Shown: piece by piece, positions 1 to 11,459 of the stretch | Position numbering within the stretch: the stretch's first letter is position 1 | Layout: the number at the start of each line of letters is the position of its first letter | Assembly: GCA_030704615.1 (NCBI GenBank) | Contig: CM060733.1 | Span: 26,040,001-26,104,000, forward strand | Reading direction: 5' to 3' | Length of the DNA stretch: 64,000 nt | Origin: Takakia lepidozioides | Taxonomy: Eukaryota > Plantae > Bryophyta | The notes under the pieces: model-generated | Database searches by the model: none | Told to the model about the DNA's origin: nothing | The model's input: only the letters and a program-made list of their open reading frames with translations | Program-made: the position numbers and the translations under genes

Positions 1-381
1 TCTATGTTGGATGTCAATGGTGACCGTGGTTGTGAGGTCTACTTGTCACCTACATAAACGAATTTCCAAGTCCCCCATGGAGAAGGTTTGACCCGCGTTG
101 TTACAAACAAGTCCACCTTTCGAACAGCAATTTATGGTGTAGTGATATCATGCTTTATGGTTGCTTCATCAGGATTAAGAGGTTTATTTATTTATTTATT
201 ATTTATTATAAATAATTTTTTAAAAACAAAATGAACAGGGGACAGTGGCCTTGGATGAATGGTTTTCTTAAGAAAAAATCCAGCCTAAGTTAACACATGT
301 TATTTTCAGATCATTTACCATCTAAAGATTTAGTCAAATTCTAAATAATATATAAATTTAAAAGATGACAAAAATACTAAC

Positions 382-1735
382 CCAAATGCTAGTTGTGGGC
401 GGCGAAGAATCTGTCCATTGCTAGATTTCATTGGAATATAGTCCAACATTATAATACCTTCTGAGGTCGTTGAATCAGCATATTCAATATAATACGGACA
501 TTCAAACATATTATTATTTCTAGAACATTTATGCTTTCTACTTGTTTGAAATGCTTTACATATATGTTTTCGACAATTCAATCTCTTATCAAAGTTTGCT
601 ATATACAAATCATTTGGTCCCTATAAAACAATGACAATGCAAACAATGAATACATAAATATTAGATAGTATACATGTTTTTGCTTTCTATATTATATTAC
701 ATACACCATAATATGATTAATTATACATATAAATACGACTTAATACGATAATTAAAACTTGAGAGGGATATATAAAAACAGAAATAGGAATACAATTTTT
801 GTACCATAAAAACAAAAAAAACAAAAAACAAAAAAAACATTGGAGAATGAAAGACATTGCACGAGATAATTATACAATGTCATGTTCTTATGAGGAAATT
901 GTATCTATTCAATATTGCCTATCTATTCCGATGTGGACATGACCCACAAATATAATTTGTGCAAAAATTGACAAATATTAAGTATGTAATGTGCTTTATT
1001 GCAAAAGTGATCCAATGGCATATGACTGACTGAAGGAAGTTCAACTAAGCCGATCACATATGTTCCACCCTACCAACAATAACATCTTACCTTCTTAGGT
1101 ATTTTTCCTTGGAATTTGCAAGCAACCCATGTGATTTCGCTACCGGTATCCACATCCAAATGATAAACTTGAGGAGGGTCGCCAATCTCCAATTTTACAT
1201 AATATCCTGACAAAGAACTGACATGTTTCATCATAATTTACGTGAGTACTAATATAACGTCACATAACATATATTTTAAATTCAGAAAAAATATGAAAAT
1301 AACTATGCAATGTTTTAAATAATGACTCTTTGACGTACTCCAAAAAGATGATTATTGCTCGATTGTAACAATGTAATAATAGCCTAAATAAATTTTAGAA
1401 AAAATTTACCCATCCGTAGTCATAGCACGAGCTCCAATAAATGAGCCATAGAGGGGCCATTGAGGGACAGGCGATGGTCCCTGTTGCATGACATGCCTAT
1501 TATGATGTAGGGTTTCATTTTGCAATAGGCCCATGGAAATGTGATTTTCTTTTCTGTAATATAATTGAAGTAGAATTGACTGACGATGACGTGGGTCGGA
1601 ATAACTCATATAATTAAACAAACCATACAACATCAAGGTCAAAACTGAGATGATTATCAATAAGCTAGTGAGTCTGAGTTGGCGCAATCTGTAACGTAGT
1701 GACACCAACAAATTACAATGCTGTTGCTGGCCCAC
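382..1735 (-). CDS. Nucellin/APCB1-like membrane-anchored aspartic protease, partial (3 exons seen: ~1735-1410, ~1217-1091, 620-382); may be a pseudogene
   Basis: Exon ~1217-1091 reads YYVKLEIGDPPQVYHLDVDTGSEITWVAC (first catalytic DTG) and ends AAG|gtaag. Exon 620-382 (tag|GGA...TTTGG|gttagt) reads ...CPYYIEYADSTTSEGIIMLD...LRRPQLAFG. The upstream exon has a hydrophobic TM stretch. The second catalytic motif was not found in the window. Confidence 0.75.
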
Positions 1736-2797
1736 AAAGGTAATTGAATTGTTATTAATATATACCTCAATATATAAATAGACACAAAAGTCACATAGCT
1801 TTACTGAGAATGATATATATTCTTTCAGCTGTCATGATTAAACTAAGAAATAAATATTAGGATTTGTAATTGAAAATGTCTGCAGGTTTTAAGTGTTTTC
1901 ACGTATCTCTGACATTAACATCAGATTTTTTAGAGAATATCCACTTTGAAATCTTCATGATAAAGTTAAGATAATTATATACATTCATTATATACAAATC
2001 AAACTATTATTTGAAAGACGTGAACATTATAAATAAAGTTATAAATTTACATAGCAAGAGATGTAATACCTACTTTGTCAAATGGTTATTATTACCATGA
2101 AGAATAAAAATAATTGTTTGTAAATCCATACCACGCTCAAACTTTACAAGCAATGTCATTTCTTTCTTTATTCTAAATTTATCAAAAATTGAAAAACAAT
2201 ATGTTACTGAACTAAAACTAAATGAGAAAAATGTTCATAAGAAGTTATTTCTTTATAAGCTTCACCACCTCATTTTCTAATGCGTCAGCACTTGAATGTG
2301 TCAAACTTTGCAAATGTGGTGCTGATGGTCCATGAGAATCTATATGTGATCGCCTCATTACCATAAAATAGTTTGGGCTAGTTGTTGATGTGCAATTTTT
2401 GAGATCAGTTTACAATTTACAGTGTTTTGCACTTGTGGATCTTGCCATATCTGAGTAAAGAATTTAATAAGATATTAAGCACAGCATATTCAATAATATT
2501 TAAAAGGCGTCATAACACACTCACAATGAATTTTAATAAATATTATTATGAGATTGTGGTCGACAGCTTATAAATATACAAATTAATTACTTAACTTCAA
2601 ATTACATTCTGAGAGATACATTCAAGGATTGTTCTTGGAAAATGAGGAAGGTGAGAGAGATAGGGAAAGTCACATCCATCCAATATGACCTCTTGTATTT
2701 AAGAGATAAAAATCAATTTATGTGCATTCCATTTTTAAGTGTTAATAATTGTGTTGATATGAAAAGCGGGTTTCATATATTTTTGATACCTGCCTGG

Positions 2798-3051
2798 CAG
2801 TGTTTTTCTTTTCTGGCTACCTGAAAAAGGGTCAGCTACTTGTACAAAGGAATTATGGGGTTAAAAATTGAAAACAACGCCAAAAAACGCCCGGAGTTGA
2901 ATATCAGGAGCCTGATTTTGCAATCGTGGACCCGTTAAAATGTGCCACCTGTTATACAGCCACTTTTCTAACCCTGCCACCTGGTTATTTTGCCACATGG
3001 GTGCCAGGTAGACTTCAGCAATTTTTGTAGAATAAAAAAGAAAAAACACTG
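2798..3051. mobile_element. Non-autonomous hAT-type MITE (254 bp)
   Basis: TIRs CAGTGTTTTTCTTTT (2798) and AAAAGAAAAAACACTG (ends 3051); degenerate 8-bp TSD ctgcctgg / ccgccggg (6/8). Confidence 0.7.
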
Positions 3052-3699
3052 CCGCCGGGTCCGATTATATAAAAAAATTGCCAGTTTTAAATAACCTTCG
3101 CTAACAGGTAGTACCCGCATATAAACTGGCTAGGATCAAGGTATGCATCTGGATATTGAATTTGGCCCGTTGTTGGCTGGCCGAGACAGCATATATGGAA
3201 TCATATTGGTTGGTTATATCTCTAATGGACAACGAGTGGATAACCAGTATTGGGCGGGTATATTGATTTCAATATACCCTCAGGGTCCGGGTTACCCCTT
3301 TTCAATTAAAAAATGGACCCTCCGGGTCCGGGTTTCAAATTTGTGTGCACATACAATCCGGGTCGGGTCAGGGTAAAATAAGATCTGAATAATGAGCCGG
3401 GTCAGGATATGTCCGGGTATTCAAATAACATACCCTCATGGCCAGGGTAAATTAAGGGTCCGGGTAATAAGATATACCCTACCCTTATCCGTCAGGTATA
3501 ATAGGGTAAAATAAGGGTAGGGTAGGTTGATATTGTGAGCTTGTTTAATTAACTCATAGAAAATTGAAAGATCAAATGAAAATGAAGAATAAAATTTTCA
3601 TCTACATTTCAAACTCATCCAGGTTTTGGTCCACCATTTCATCACAATCCATCTGGAATTCCTCTTCTAATTCATCTAGTAAGTCTTCTTCCGCCTCAC

Positions 3700-6021
3700 C
3701 AAAGTCATCCAAATTATTGCATACAAAACCTTCACATCCAACACGTGGGTCATCTGGCTAGTTTTTCACAAGAAGAACAAGCAAGTCGAGATTGCGTGAT
3801 TCGACATCGCCGTGGCCAGTAAGAAGACCAGCAATAGAGAACACACGTCCTGTCTCAATCTGACTTCCAGGGATGCCAAGGATATGTCGTACTAAAAATG
3901 CGACCATAGGGAATTTGCTTTCATGTACCTTCCACCATTCGAGTGGCTTCTCGGCAGATTTTGGTGGCACTACCATGTAACAAAAACAAGATAACTCGCG
4001 GCGTATCTGAAAAAAACAAAACAAAATACATCATACATAACCACACATCAGTCATCATAATGACATCTCGATCAAATAACAAATGATGACAACATTAGTA
4101 AATGAGGCCTTGCACATGAACTAAAAAGTTTTGAACTATCTACCAAGCCTAAAGTCAATTCCAACTCAATCAATTAACAATGCATACATATTAATTCAAC
4201 CAACAAGATGCATAAATACATAAATAACCAGCTCTTACATTTTCATGGGTGGTGTCATCCTCTGAAATTCCAGTTCCAAATACCGCATGGGCATCTCCAA
4301 AAATACCTTGGTCATTAGGTTCAATTGTCACATTTAAATCTGGATCCACCACTTGATTGTTTTTTTTTGTATATTGACGTCAGTAGCGGTAAAAGCATAT
4401 GCAAGTCATAGATCTGAGCAATCTAAAATGCATTTGCACGACCCACCAAACTCCCTATAAGAGTCAAATCCTTATAACGGGGATCAAGCATCAAGGCGAG
4501 CATGTTGTGGGCTTTCCTCGGTTTGTAAGTCACCGTAAAATCCAGAAAAGGGGCAAGAACTTTTATGACTTGTTCACGCATCCGAGCTTTTAAGAGCATG
4601 AGGTTGGCGGGCAAATCCATCCTCGGTGCGACCGACACTTCCGCCTCCAACACAATCCTCTCGCTCTGCAATTGTATACTTAAAGTGATTGCCGTTGCCA
4701 ATGCATCACTAAGTAGCCAATAGCCACGGCGTTGATTTATGACACAAACAGTTACCACACGGGATTAAGTTGAGGAGATTGCCTCTGCGACAGCCCAAGT
4801 TTGTGCGGATGGATCTCGGCCTTGAAGGGCAACCGTTTGCCGACTATAGCAAAGCGATATTGCTGGTCTATATTGCAAAGCTTGTTGAAACACTACCACT
4901 TTGGATGCAAACCTTGTTTTCACTGGTGTATTTAATTTTCGAGGGCGCAAACTAGCATCTTCACATGCTTTGTTCCATTCTTGTCGTCCTTTACCTATGA
5001 CACAAATGCAAACTCAATGTGATTAATGTGAATTTTGACCAGTAATGTGCTCGATTATAAATGAAAACATAAATACTACAAATTGCTCAACAACTCAGAT
5101 ATATATTAAAAGTAATTGCAGTGTACCAGATTTTTTGGGCCAAGTAATGCACGATTGGATTGCCGATTGTGCGCCTTTGATGGATATGGGCTCCAAGTTA
5201 TGAGACACCTGCTCATCATTTGTTGCATATTGACAAGCCTTGCTCATTGCGTGTCCAAAACAAATGCCCTCAAATGGCTCGGAGAGATATAATAAATCGC
5301 ACTTTATTACTGCCTTAAGAGCATAAGTCATTGTTGCCAAATTCGCGCCCTCATCCTTCACGTAGCATAGATTTGTTTTGGTCAAATCATATTTCTCCAA
5401 AAGCCCTTGGAGCTGACGGGCCAAACCTGCCCCGTGGTGTCTTTTGCCAGTAATGTGTTTTGGCTCCCACTCTTGTATTAAGAAATTTATGACGAGTGTA
5501 AAAGTGTCATGTGCACCTTTACTCATCCATAGGTCAAAAGTAGCAGTCGCTGTAACAGCCGTAGCCAAATAAGGACGAACATATGTATTCAGTGTATGCT
5601 TGACCATATTAGGCAAGACCTCCGAGGTCAATGGTCTACGAAATGGGAAAACAAGTTTCGGATCTCGTCGAAGGTAGCTGAGAGGTAGCTGCGTCTAACC
5701 CATCCATTCTCCACTGCACTAAGAGGCATATATCCCTTAGCTATGCATAGCATCAAATCTTCAGCAAAAGATTTTTGTTGTTCATCTTTTTTTTTTGTAA
5801 GGGATGGTACTTCCAAAAAAACTGGAAATACTGCCAGGTGTGACCCGATTTCGCTTTTTATGCGGCTCTCGATGCGTAGTACATGCATCTCCACTTGCAG
5901 TAATATTTGCTACGAACCGAGCCATCACCTCGGCATGCTCATTATCAACATGCTTTTTCTTTGCATTAATGGAAATTAGGAACGACGTCTTCACAGTCCT
6001 AAAGCTAGGACAGGCTAACAT
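3700..6021 (-). pseudogene. hAT (Ac/Tam3-superfamily) transposase, fragmented
   Basis: ATFDLWMS and YVKDEG (catalytic D, D), CFGHAM (CxxH), KTRFAS, ALMLDPRYK, and the C-terminal dimerisation domain PLEWWKVHESKFP...IPGSQIETGRVFS. Multiple frameshifts. A CGGGT-rich subterminal-like region lies at ~2765-3530. Confidence 0.85.
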
Positions 6022-6789
6022 TCCCTGTAAGGCTACAGATGTACTTCTTGCTCTACTCTCAGGCGACAGAGTACTAGCTCAAATAGTGAGATGAGAGTAC
6101 TATTCCCCATATGTACTTCTTGCCCGTTGGGCGGGAAGGTGATTACATGATTAGAGATTATGCTGAGCTCTTGGTTTTGAACTAGCAAGTTGATCCATCG
6201 ACGTAGAACACTAGAGGCCTAGCACTCTACCTCGTACCTAGCTAAGTAACTGGCAATGATAGTTTACTTCTTACAAAGGACCAGTTGAGGATAGGTCGAG
6301 AGAGAGCTCAGCTAGGGCGCAAGCAGTTGCGACAACAACTATTGCGAAGGCCTCATTAGAGAGAGCCAAAATGATGTCGGATCAATCAGCATTGCAACTC
6401 TTCCCCATGCCGCTTGATATCGCGCAACGGGGGGACGCTCGTGAGTACCTATTGCTGCGAAGGCATGAAAAGCTGAATAAGATTCGCCGGCGCATTGTGG
6501 AGGATGCTGCAACAACAGCTACGGCCAAGGGAGCAACTACGCCGGTCGAGACCATGCCAATTGCACCTCTACCGGCCAAGTTGCCTGCACCTAAGCGAAT
6601 CTCAGCACCTATTCCTCACATGAAGCACCTAGATGACATTGAGGACAATCCGAGCCAAGCTGTGGAGGATGATTACCACGTAACGCATTTAGGTGATGCC
6701 AATTATTTCGAGTATTATTGTGTGCAAAGGCTGCACCTTTTCAATGATGAATAAAATCAATTGGTGTTTGATTGTAGCGTAATATGGAG

Positions 6790-7993
6790 AGCAGTGCATC
6801 ATGCACAATATGATTGGCAAGTGCATCATGCCCCTTTCTAGCATTCAAAATTGCCGTCAAAGTCTTGAATTGGCCAAGTACGGCCCCCTCATTAGGGTGA
6901 TCAAGTCTGTAGGTGCCTCGAAACTTGCAGAGATGGCATCAGCTCTGAGAGGGGCCAACCAAAACTATGGAAAAAAATCAAATGCCTAAAGGGCATTTGC
7001 CTGGTGCTTCATGCCCCTTTCTAGCAATCTAAAATGCCATCACACATCAGAATTGGCCCAGTACAGCCCCCAAGGTGTTCAAGCATGTAGGTACCTTAAA
7101 ACTTGCAGAAATGGAAGAGTCACTGAAGGGGCCATCCAAAACTACTAAAAAAATCGGATGCCTAAAAGGAATTGGCAGGTGCATCATGCCCCTTTCTAGC
7201 ATTCCAAATTGCCATCAAAGTCTTGAATTGGGCAAGTATAGCCCCCCCCATCAAGGTGTTCAAGCATGTAGGTACCTTAAAACTTGCAGAAATGGCAGAG
7301 TCACTGAAGGGGGACATCCAAAACTACTGAAAAAAATCAGATGCTTAAAAGGAATTGACAGGTGCATCATGCCCCTTTCTAGCATTCCAAATTGCCATCA
7401 AAGTCTTGAATTGGCCAAGTACAGCCCCCTCATCAGGGTGATCATTTGTAGGTGCCTCGAAACTTGCAGAGATGGCATCAGCTCTGAGAGGGGCCAACCA
7501 AAACTATTGAAAAAAATCAGATGCTTAAAAAGCATTGTCTGGTGCTTCATGCCCCTTCTAGAAATCTAAAATGCCATCATACATCAGAATTGGCCCAGTA
7601 TAGCCCCCCCCCATCAAGGTGTTCAAGCATGTAGGTACCTTAAAACTTGCAGAAATGGCAGAGTCACTGAAGGGGGCCATCCAAAACTACTAAAAAAATC
7701 GGATGCCTAAAAAGAATTGGCAAGTGCATCATGGCATTCCAAATTGCCATCACACATCAGAATTGGCCAAGTCACGTAGCCCCCCCATCAAGGTGTTCCA
7801 ACATGTAGGTATCTTCAAACTTGCAGAAATGGCGGAGTCACTGAAGGGGACCAACCACAACTATCGAAAAAATCAGATGCCTAAGAGGATTTTTCAGGTG
7901 CATTATGCCCCTTTTTAGCAATCCAAATTGCCATCAAAGTCTTGAATTGGCCAAGTACAGCCCCATCAAGGTGTTCAAGCATGTAGGTACCTT
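6790..7993. repeat. Tandem satellite, ~181-bp unit, ~6.5 copies
   Basis: The motif catcatgcccctttctagc...aaacttgcagaaatggc recurs at about 6825, 7008, 7184, 7366, 7546, 7728 and 7901. Confidence 0.95.
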
Positions 7994-8567
7994 CACTACA
8001 AGAGAAACTGGTTTTTTTTACACCCATTTTTACACCTGCAGGTATAAAAAAAGCCACCTGCTCACACCCCCCTGGGTGTAAGGTAAACCGTATTGATTCC
8101 GTCCCCCTGTAGAAAAAGCCAGTGGTGTCGAAAAAGCCATCTTACACCCATCTACACCCTGACGTGGCGCCCGGCCTATCTCGCTTTTTTGACATGATTT
8201 TCTTTACACCCGTTTTGACTGGCTTTTCTTCATCCATTTCGACTGGATTTTTTGACGGCTTATCTTACACCCTGCTTGACAATGTGGCGAATTCAAAATT
8301 CAAAATTCAAATTAAAAGTTTATAATTAAAAATTTATAATTAAAAATTTATAATTAAAATTTTGGCGGTTCAAAAATTCAAAAATTGAAATATGCGTTGA
8401 CCGTTGACCCCGCCCCATCCCAGGTCAATGGTTGATCGTACACCATCTAACACATTACTAGACAATACACACTTGAACCTAAGACCTCCTCATTATAACA
8501 TCACTAAGTCACTATACACGAACCAACATACCAATTACACATACATATACATTGTATATAAATATAA
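7994..8567 (+). mobile_element. CACTA (En/Spm) left terminus and subterminal region, truncated
   Basis: CACTACAAGAGAAA starts abruptly inside a satellite unit, followed by TTACACC subterminal repeats. No matching right TIR was found in the window. Confidence 0.65.
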
Positions 8568-8613
8568 CTAGGGCTTCGCGTTGCTCCGCACTACTAGCGA
8601 CGACTTCTGAGAA
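8568..8613 (-). mobile_element. HLE2 3' terminus (subTIR + GNA mini-hairpins + CTAG-TT)
   Basis: Minus strand reads GTCGTCGCTAG-TAGT-GCGGAGC-AAC-GCGAAGC-CCTAG|TT; 8566-8613 is 45/48 identical to 29539-29586. Confidence 0.75.
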
Positions 8614-8847
8614 GGACGTCCGGACGGATGGGCCATACTGGAGGAACTTGAGAGAGAGTTGGAGGTGTTTTCCATGGGTCGTCTTGGTGCAACAAGTAGA
8701 TTTGGACTATGATAAATCAGTATTTTTTTATTATTCGTTGTGAGCATGCATTGGAAAATATAGACTTTTTGAAAAGGAGAAGGAGGATGGTCTTTATAAA
8801 ATATGGTGGCCCTTACATGGAACGTTTAGAAGTGTCTAATTTAAGCT

Positions 8848-9582
8848 CTACCAAGCTATGCTTTTGCTCCAGTTGTCGTCGTTCGATTCTGTCTCTTCTG
8901 GTGCTTTGGCCAGCAGTTTGACCCCTTTTAATTGGAATGAAAGCCCGTGTTTCTTGTGACGGAAATTCATCCAATATCGGATGTTACACTTGATTGCAAC
9001 AAGATCCCCTGAACGTACGGATTGTCCATCCATTTTTTGGCCATTTTCGTTAAGGACTTCTATTGTATTGTACATCCCGTCATTGTTTGTTTTGTGACGT
9101 TTGTTGTTATTGGACGTCGATCGAGAGTTGTTTGTGTTGTTTTTTAGGAGCTTTTTCGTGAAGCTCATGTTGTTTTCACCCATCCACCTCATGTCCTCGC
9201 CTCTCCTCTTCCAATGATCGGACCATTCCGTTATTGTATTTGCGTAGTCGAACTGGAAATGGCTGTCTTCTATCAATAATGTGAATTTTGCGTCTTTTAG
9301 TTCTTCGGCGAAAGTCACGAATCTGTAATTCCCGGTTTTGCCAAGGTAGGGGAATTTTGCAATACCTACGAAGATTGCTATTTCTTCACGGTCCGAAGGG
9401 ACGTTCCACAAGGCGCTGTGGAAGTTTGTACTGTTGGGCAGGCGCTTCCACGTGTTCCCCACCTTAAGGGCATGATGGTCATTGGACGTGAAACTGTCGT
9501 ATATCACGTTTGTCATGTCTTGGTGGGTTATGTCTTTGTCTGTTACAGTGTCGATTGTGTCGGCTATTTCTGATGTTGACAT
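8848..9582 (-). CDS. Intronless 244-aa protein, putative T7 gp2.5/viral-type (OB-fold) single-stranded DNA-binding protein
   Basis: Uninterrupted ATG-to-stop ORF. The C-terminal pattern IEVLNENGQKM..VRSGDLVAIKCNIRYW...GLSFQLKGVKLL followed by an acidic tail ending in an aromatic residue resembles gp2.5/DUF2815-like SSBs. Its CpG-rich style is like the RepHel ORF. Confidence 0.6.
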   Translation of the reverse strand: MSTSEIADTIDTVTDKDITHQDMTNVIYDSFTSNDHHALKVGNTWKRLPNSTNFHSALWNVPSDREEIAIFVGIAKFPYLGKTGNYRFVTFAEELKDAKFTLLIEDSHFQFDYANTITEWSDHWKRRGEDMRWMGENNMSFTKKLLKNNTNNSRSTSNNNKRHKTNNDGMYNTIEVLNENGQKMDGQSVRSGDLVAIKCNIRYWMNFRHKKHGLSFQLKGVKLLAKAPEETESNDDNWSKSIAW

Positions 9583-9638
9583 GGTTGTTTGTATGTATGG
9601 TGTAGAGAGAGAGATAGAGAGGCGGGGGCAGATGAAAG

Positions 9639-9676
9639 TATATATCGGTGGATTTTTGAGGAGAATTAAACCCTAA
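9639..9676 (-). promoter_or_regulatory. Putative promoter of the 244-aa ORF: TATA box and telo-box
   Basis: TATATA ~57 bp upstream of the ATG, CT-rich leader, and AAACCCTAA at 9668-9676. Confidence 0.4.
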
Positions 9677-11459
9677 GAGTGCGACTGTAAAATTAATCAC
9701 GTTAATCTATAGAACTGTGGTTGTCTCTCTCAGATCGAGGTTGATGCTACACCGCTTTGTTGGGAAGTTAGGTGCAAAGTGCAATGCAACAATATGTTAT
9801 ATTTTTTTCTGCTCCACCTGCACTTGCAACAAGATGTCACTGTTAAACCTTATGGCTATATTTCTTTGCTTGTGTATTGTGTGTAATTCGGTAATTCTTT
9901 GGCTACCCAAAGACTGGATCTCACAACTGGCTTGTTTTGCAATTGCCCTTGGGAAATGACCATCTTAATTGCACATGTCACGTCACTTCAAACAATTATA
10001 TATTCAAGACTTCTAGTGCAGGGTTTGAGACTTACTGTCCAGTGGCATTAGGGCAAGCGACACTGTGAGCGAGAGAACCACGAAAGTAGTTAGATCAGCA
10101 GGTTGAATTGAACAACTTAGAGAGGAGTAGTGCTTAGGGCCCTGCCCACTTGCACTTTTCAGTTAGTGTCTGCAACAGTTAGTTAGTGTTCCAACTTACA
10201 GTTAAATGCATCCCCCCCACCAAAAAAAGAAGAAGCTTGCTTCAGGTTCGCTGAACTTAAATGTGATGATACCCGTTATCTTAAACTGTCTTCGACACAA
10301 AATCCGCCACCTGGCTAATCGGAAGTATCGAGTAGCCTCAAGTCTTGACTAAGTTTTGTAACTCACCAAGTTCCATCAAATCCAGCATTTTGAAGCAAAT
10401 TGTTCCACATACATGAGGGGAAATCTGCTATGGGCCTCGTTCAGTTGAAAGCTTCTACTTCCTCTTAATGTGGAAGTTGAGGACCTTTCATGGACTTCAT
10501 GCCGCAGATCTGGGAGGAGAGAATTTTTTGTCTCCTTTGGCAAACTCTATGTTCTTCCAAAAGCAGGGTCGACCAAACTCCCAAATAAAGCACACTAAGT
10601 AACTAGAAAACTGACCTGCCAAGGATAGAAACAAATTTGCAGTAATTTTCTTTCTATGAACTGGGAAGCAGGAAGGTAGCTTCAGAAAGCTCCAAGGTTC
10701 TCAGGTTCTCAGGTTCTCTTTGAAGCTTCTGAGAGGACGTAGATAAGAGGGACGAATCGCGTTTAAAGAGACGAGAGGTTTGCAAAGTGGAGTTTGAGGC
10801 CGATTGATAACAAATCAAGCAGTAGGATGCCCTGGCAGAGAACAGGTCTTGTTGGGTTTCACATCTGTCTCTGCATCCATAATCACTCCACCAATGCACC
10901 CTAACTTGGTTACAGCTTTTGGTGAACAATCGAGATCCTAAACCCACACTTAGACCAGTCTCTTGTTGGATATTGCTGAGACCTGCTGATGCAAATGTCC
11001 CACTACAATTTTTAAGCTAAGGCTCATACATTTGTAGCCAAGAAGTGCTTTCAAAGTGGAAGTGGAAGCACCAATTTTGGTTCTTATCTCACATGACAGT
11101 CGTCCTTTTGACAAGCAGCAACTACCCAGTCACAGCTACAAGGGAGCTAAGTGTTCATCCAGTGCTGTCAGAACCTAAAGTGATATGTGTGGTTTATAGC
11201 ATATCAAGATAGGAATAAAACCCAAAATAATGTGGACTTTAAGCCTATTAACTCCACATCTAGAACAGGAAACCCCGGTCAGTGCTGAGGACTCATAATC
11301 AAGACTCTGATGGTGTTGTTGTGACTGCCAGCCACAAGATGGAAAAGATGTTGTTTGAGAGAGAGAGAGGGGGAGAGAAAGCCAGAGAGGCCAAAATCAG
11401 GGTAGCTAAGAGGCACCTTCTACTTGATGATAATTCCCTCTTTTGACAGTGGCCTCATG

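Noticed and set aside
6371-6754. 127-aa ORF
   Set aside because: No recognisable motif; lies between TE remnants
6801-7918. ORFs in the 181-bp array
   Set aside because: By-products of the satellite; the unit length does not preserve frame
10120-10135. GTAGTG+CTT as the right end of the CACTA at 7994 (TSD CTT)
   Set aside because: Only 6 bp of TIR match, no subterminal repeats, and the satellite does not resume
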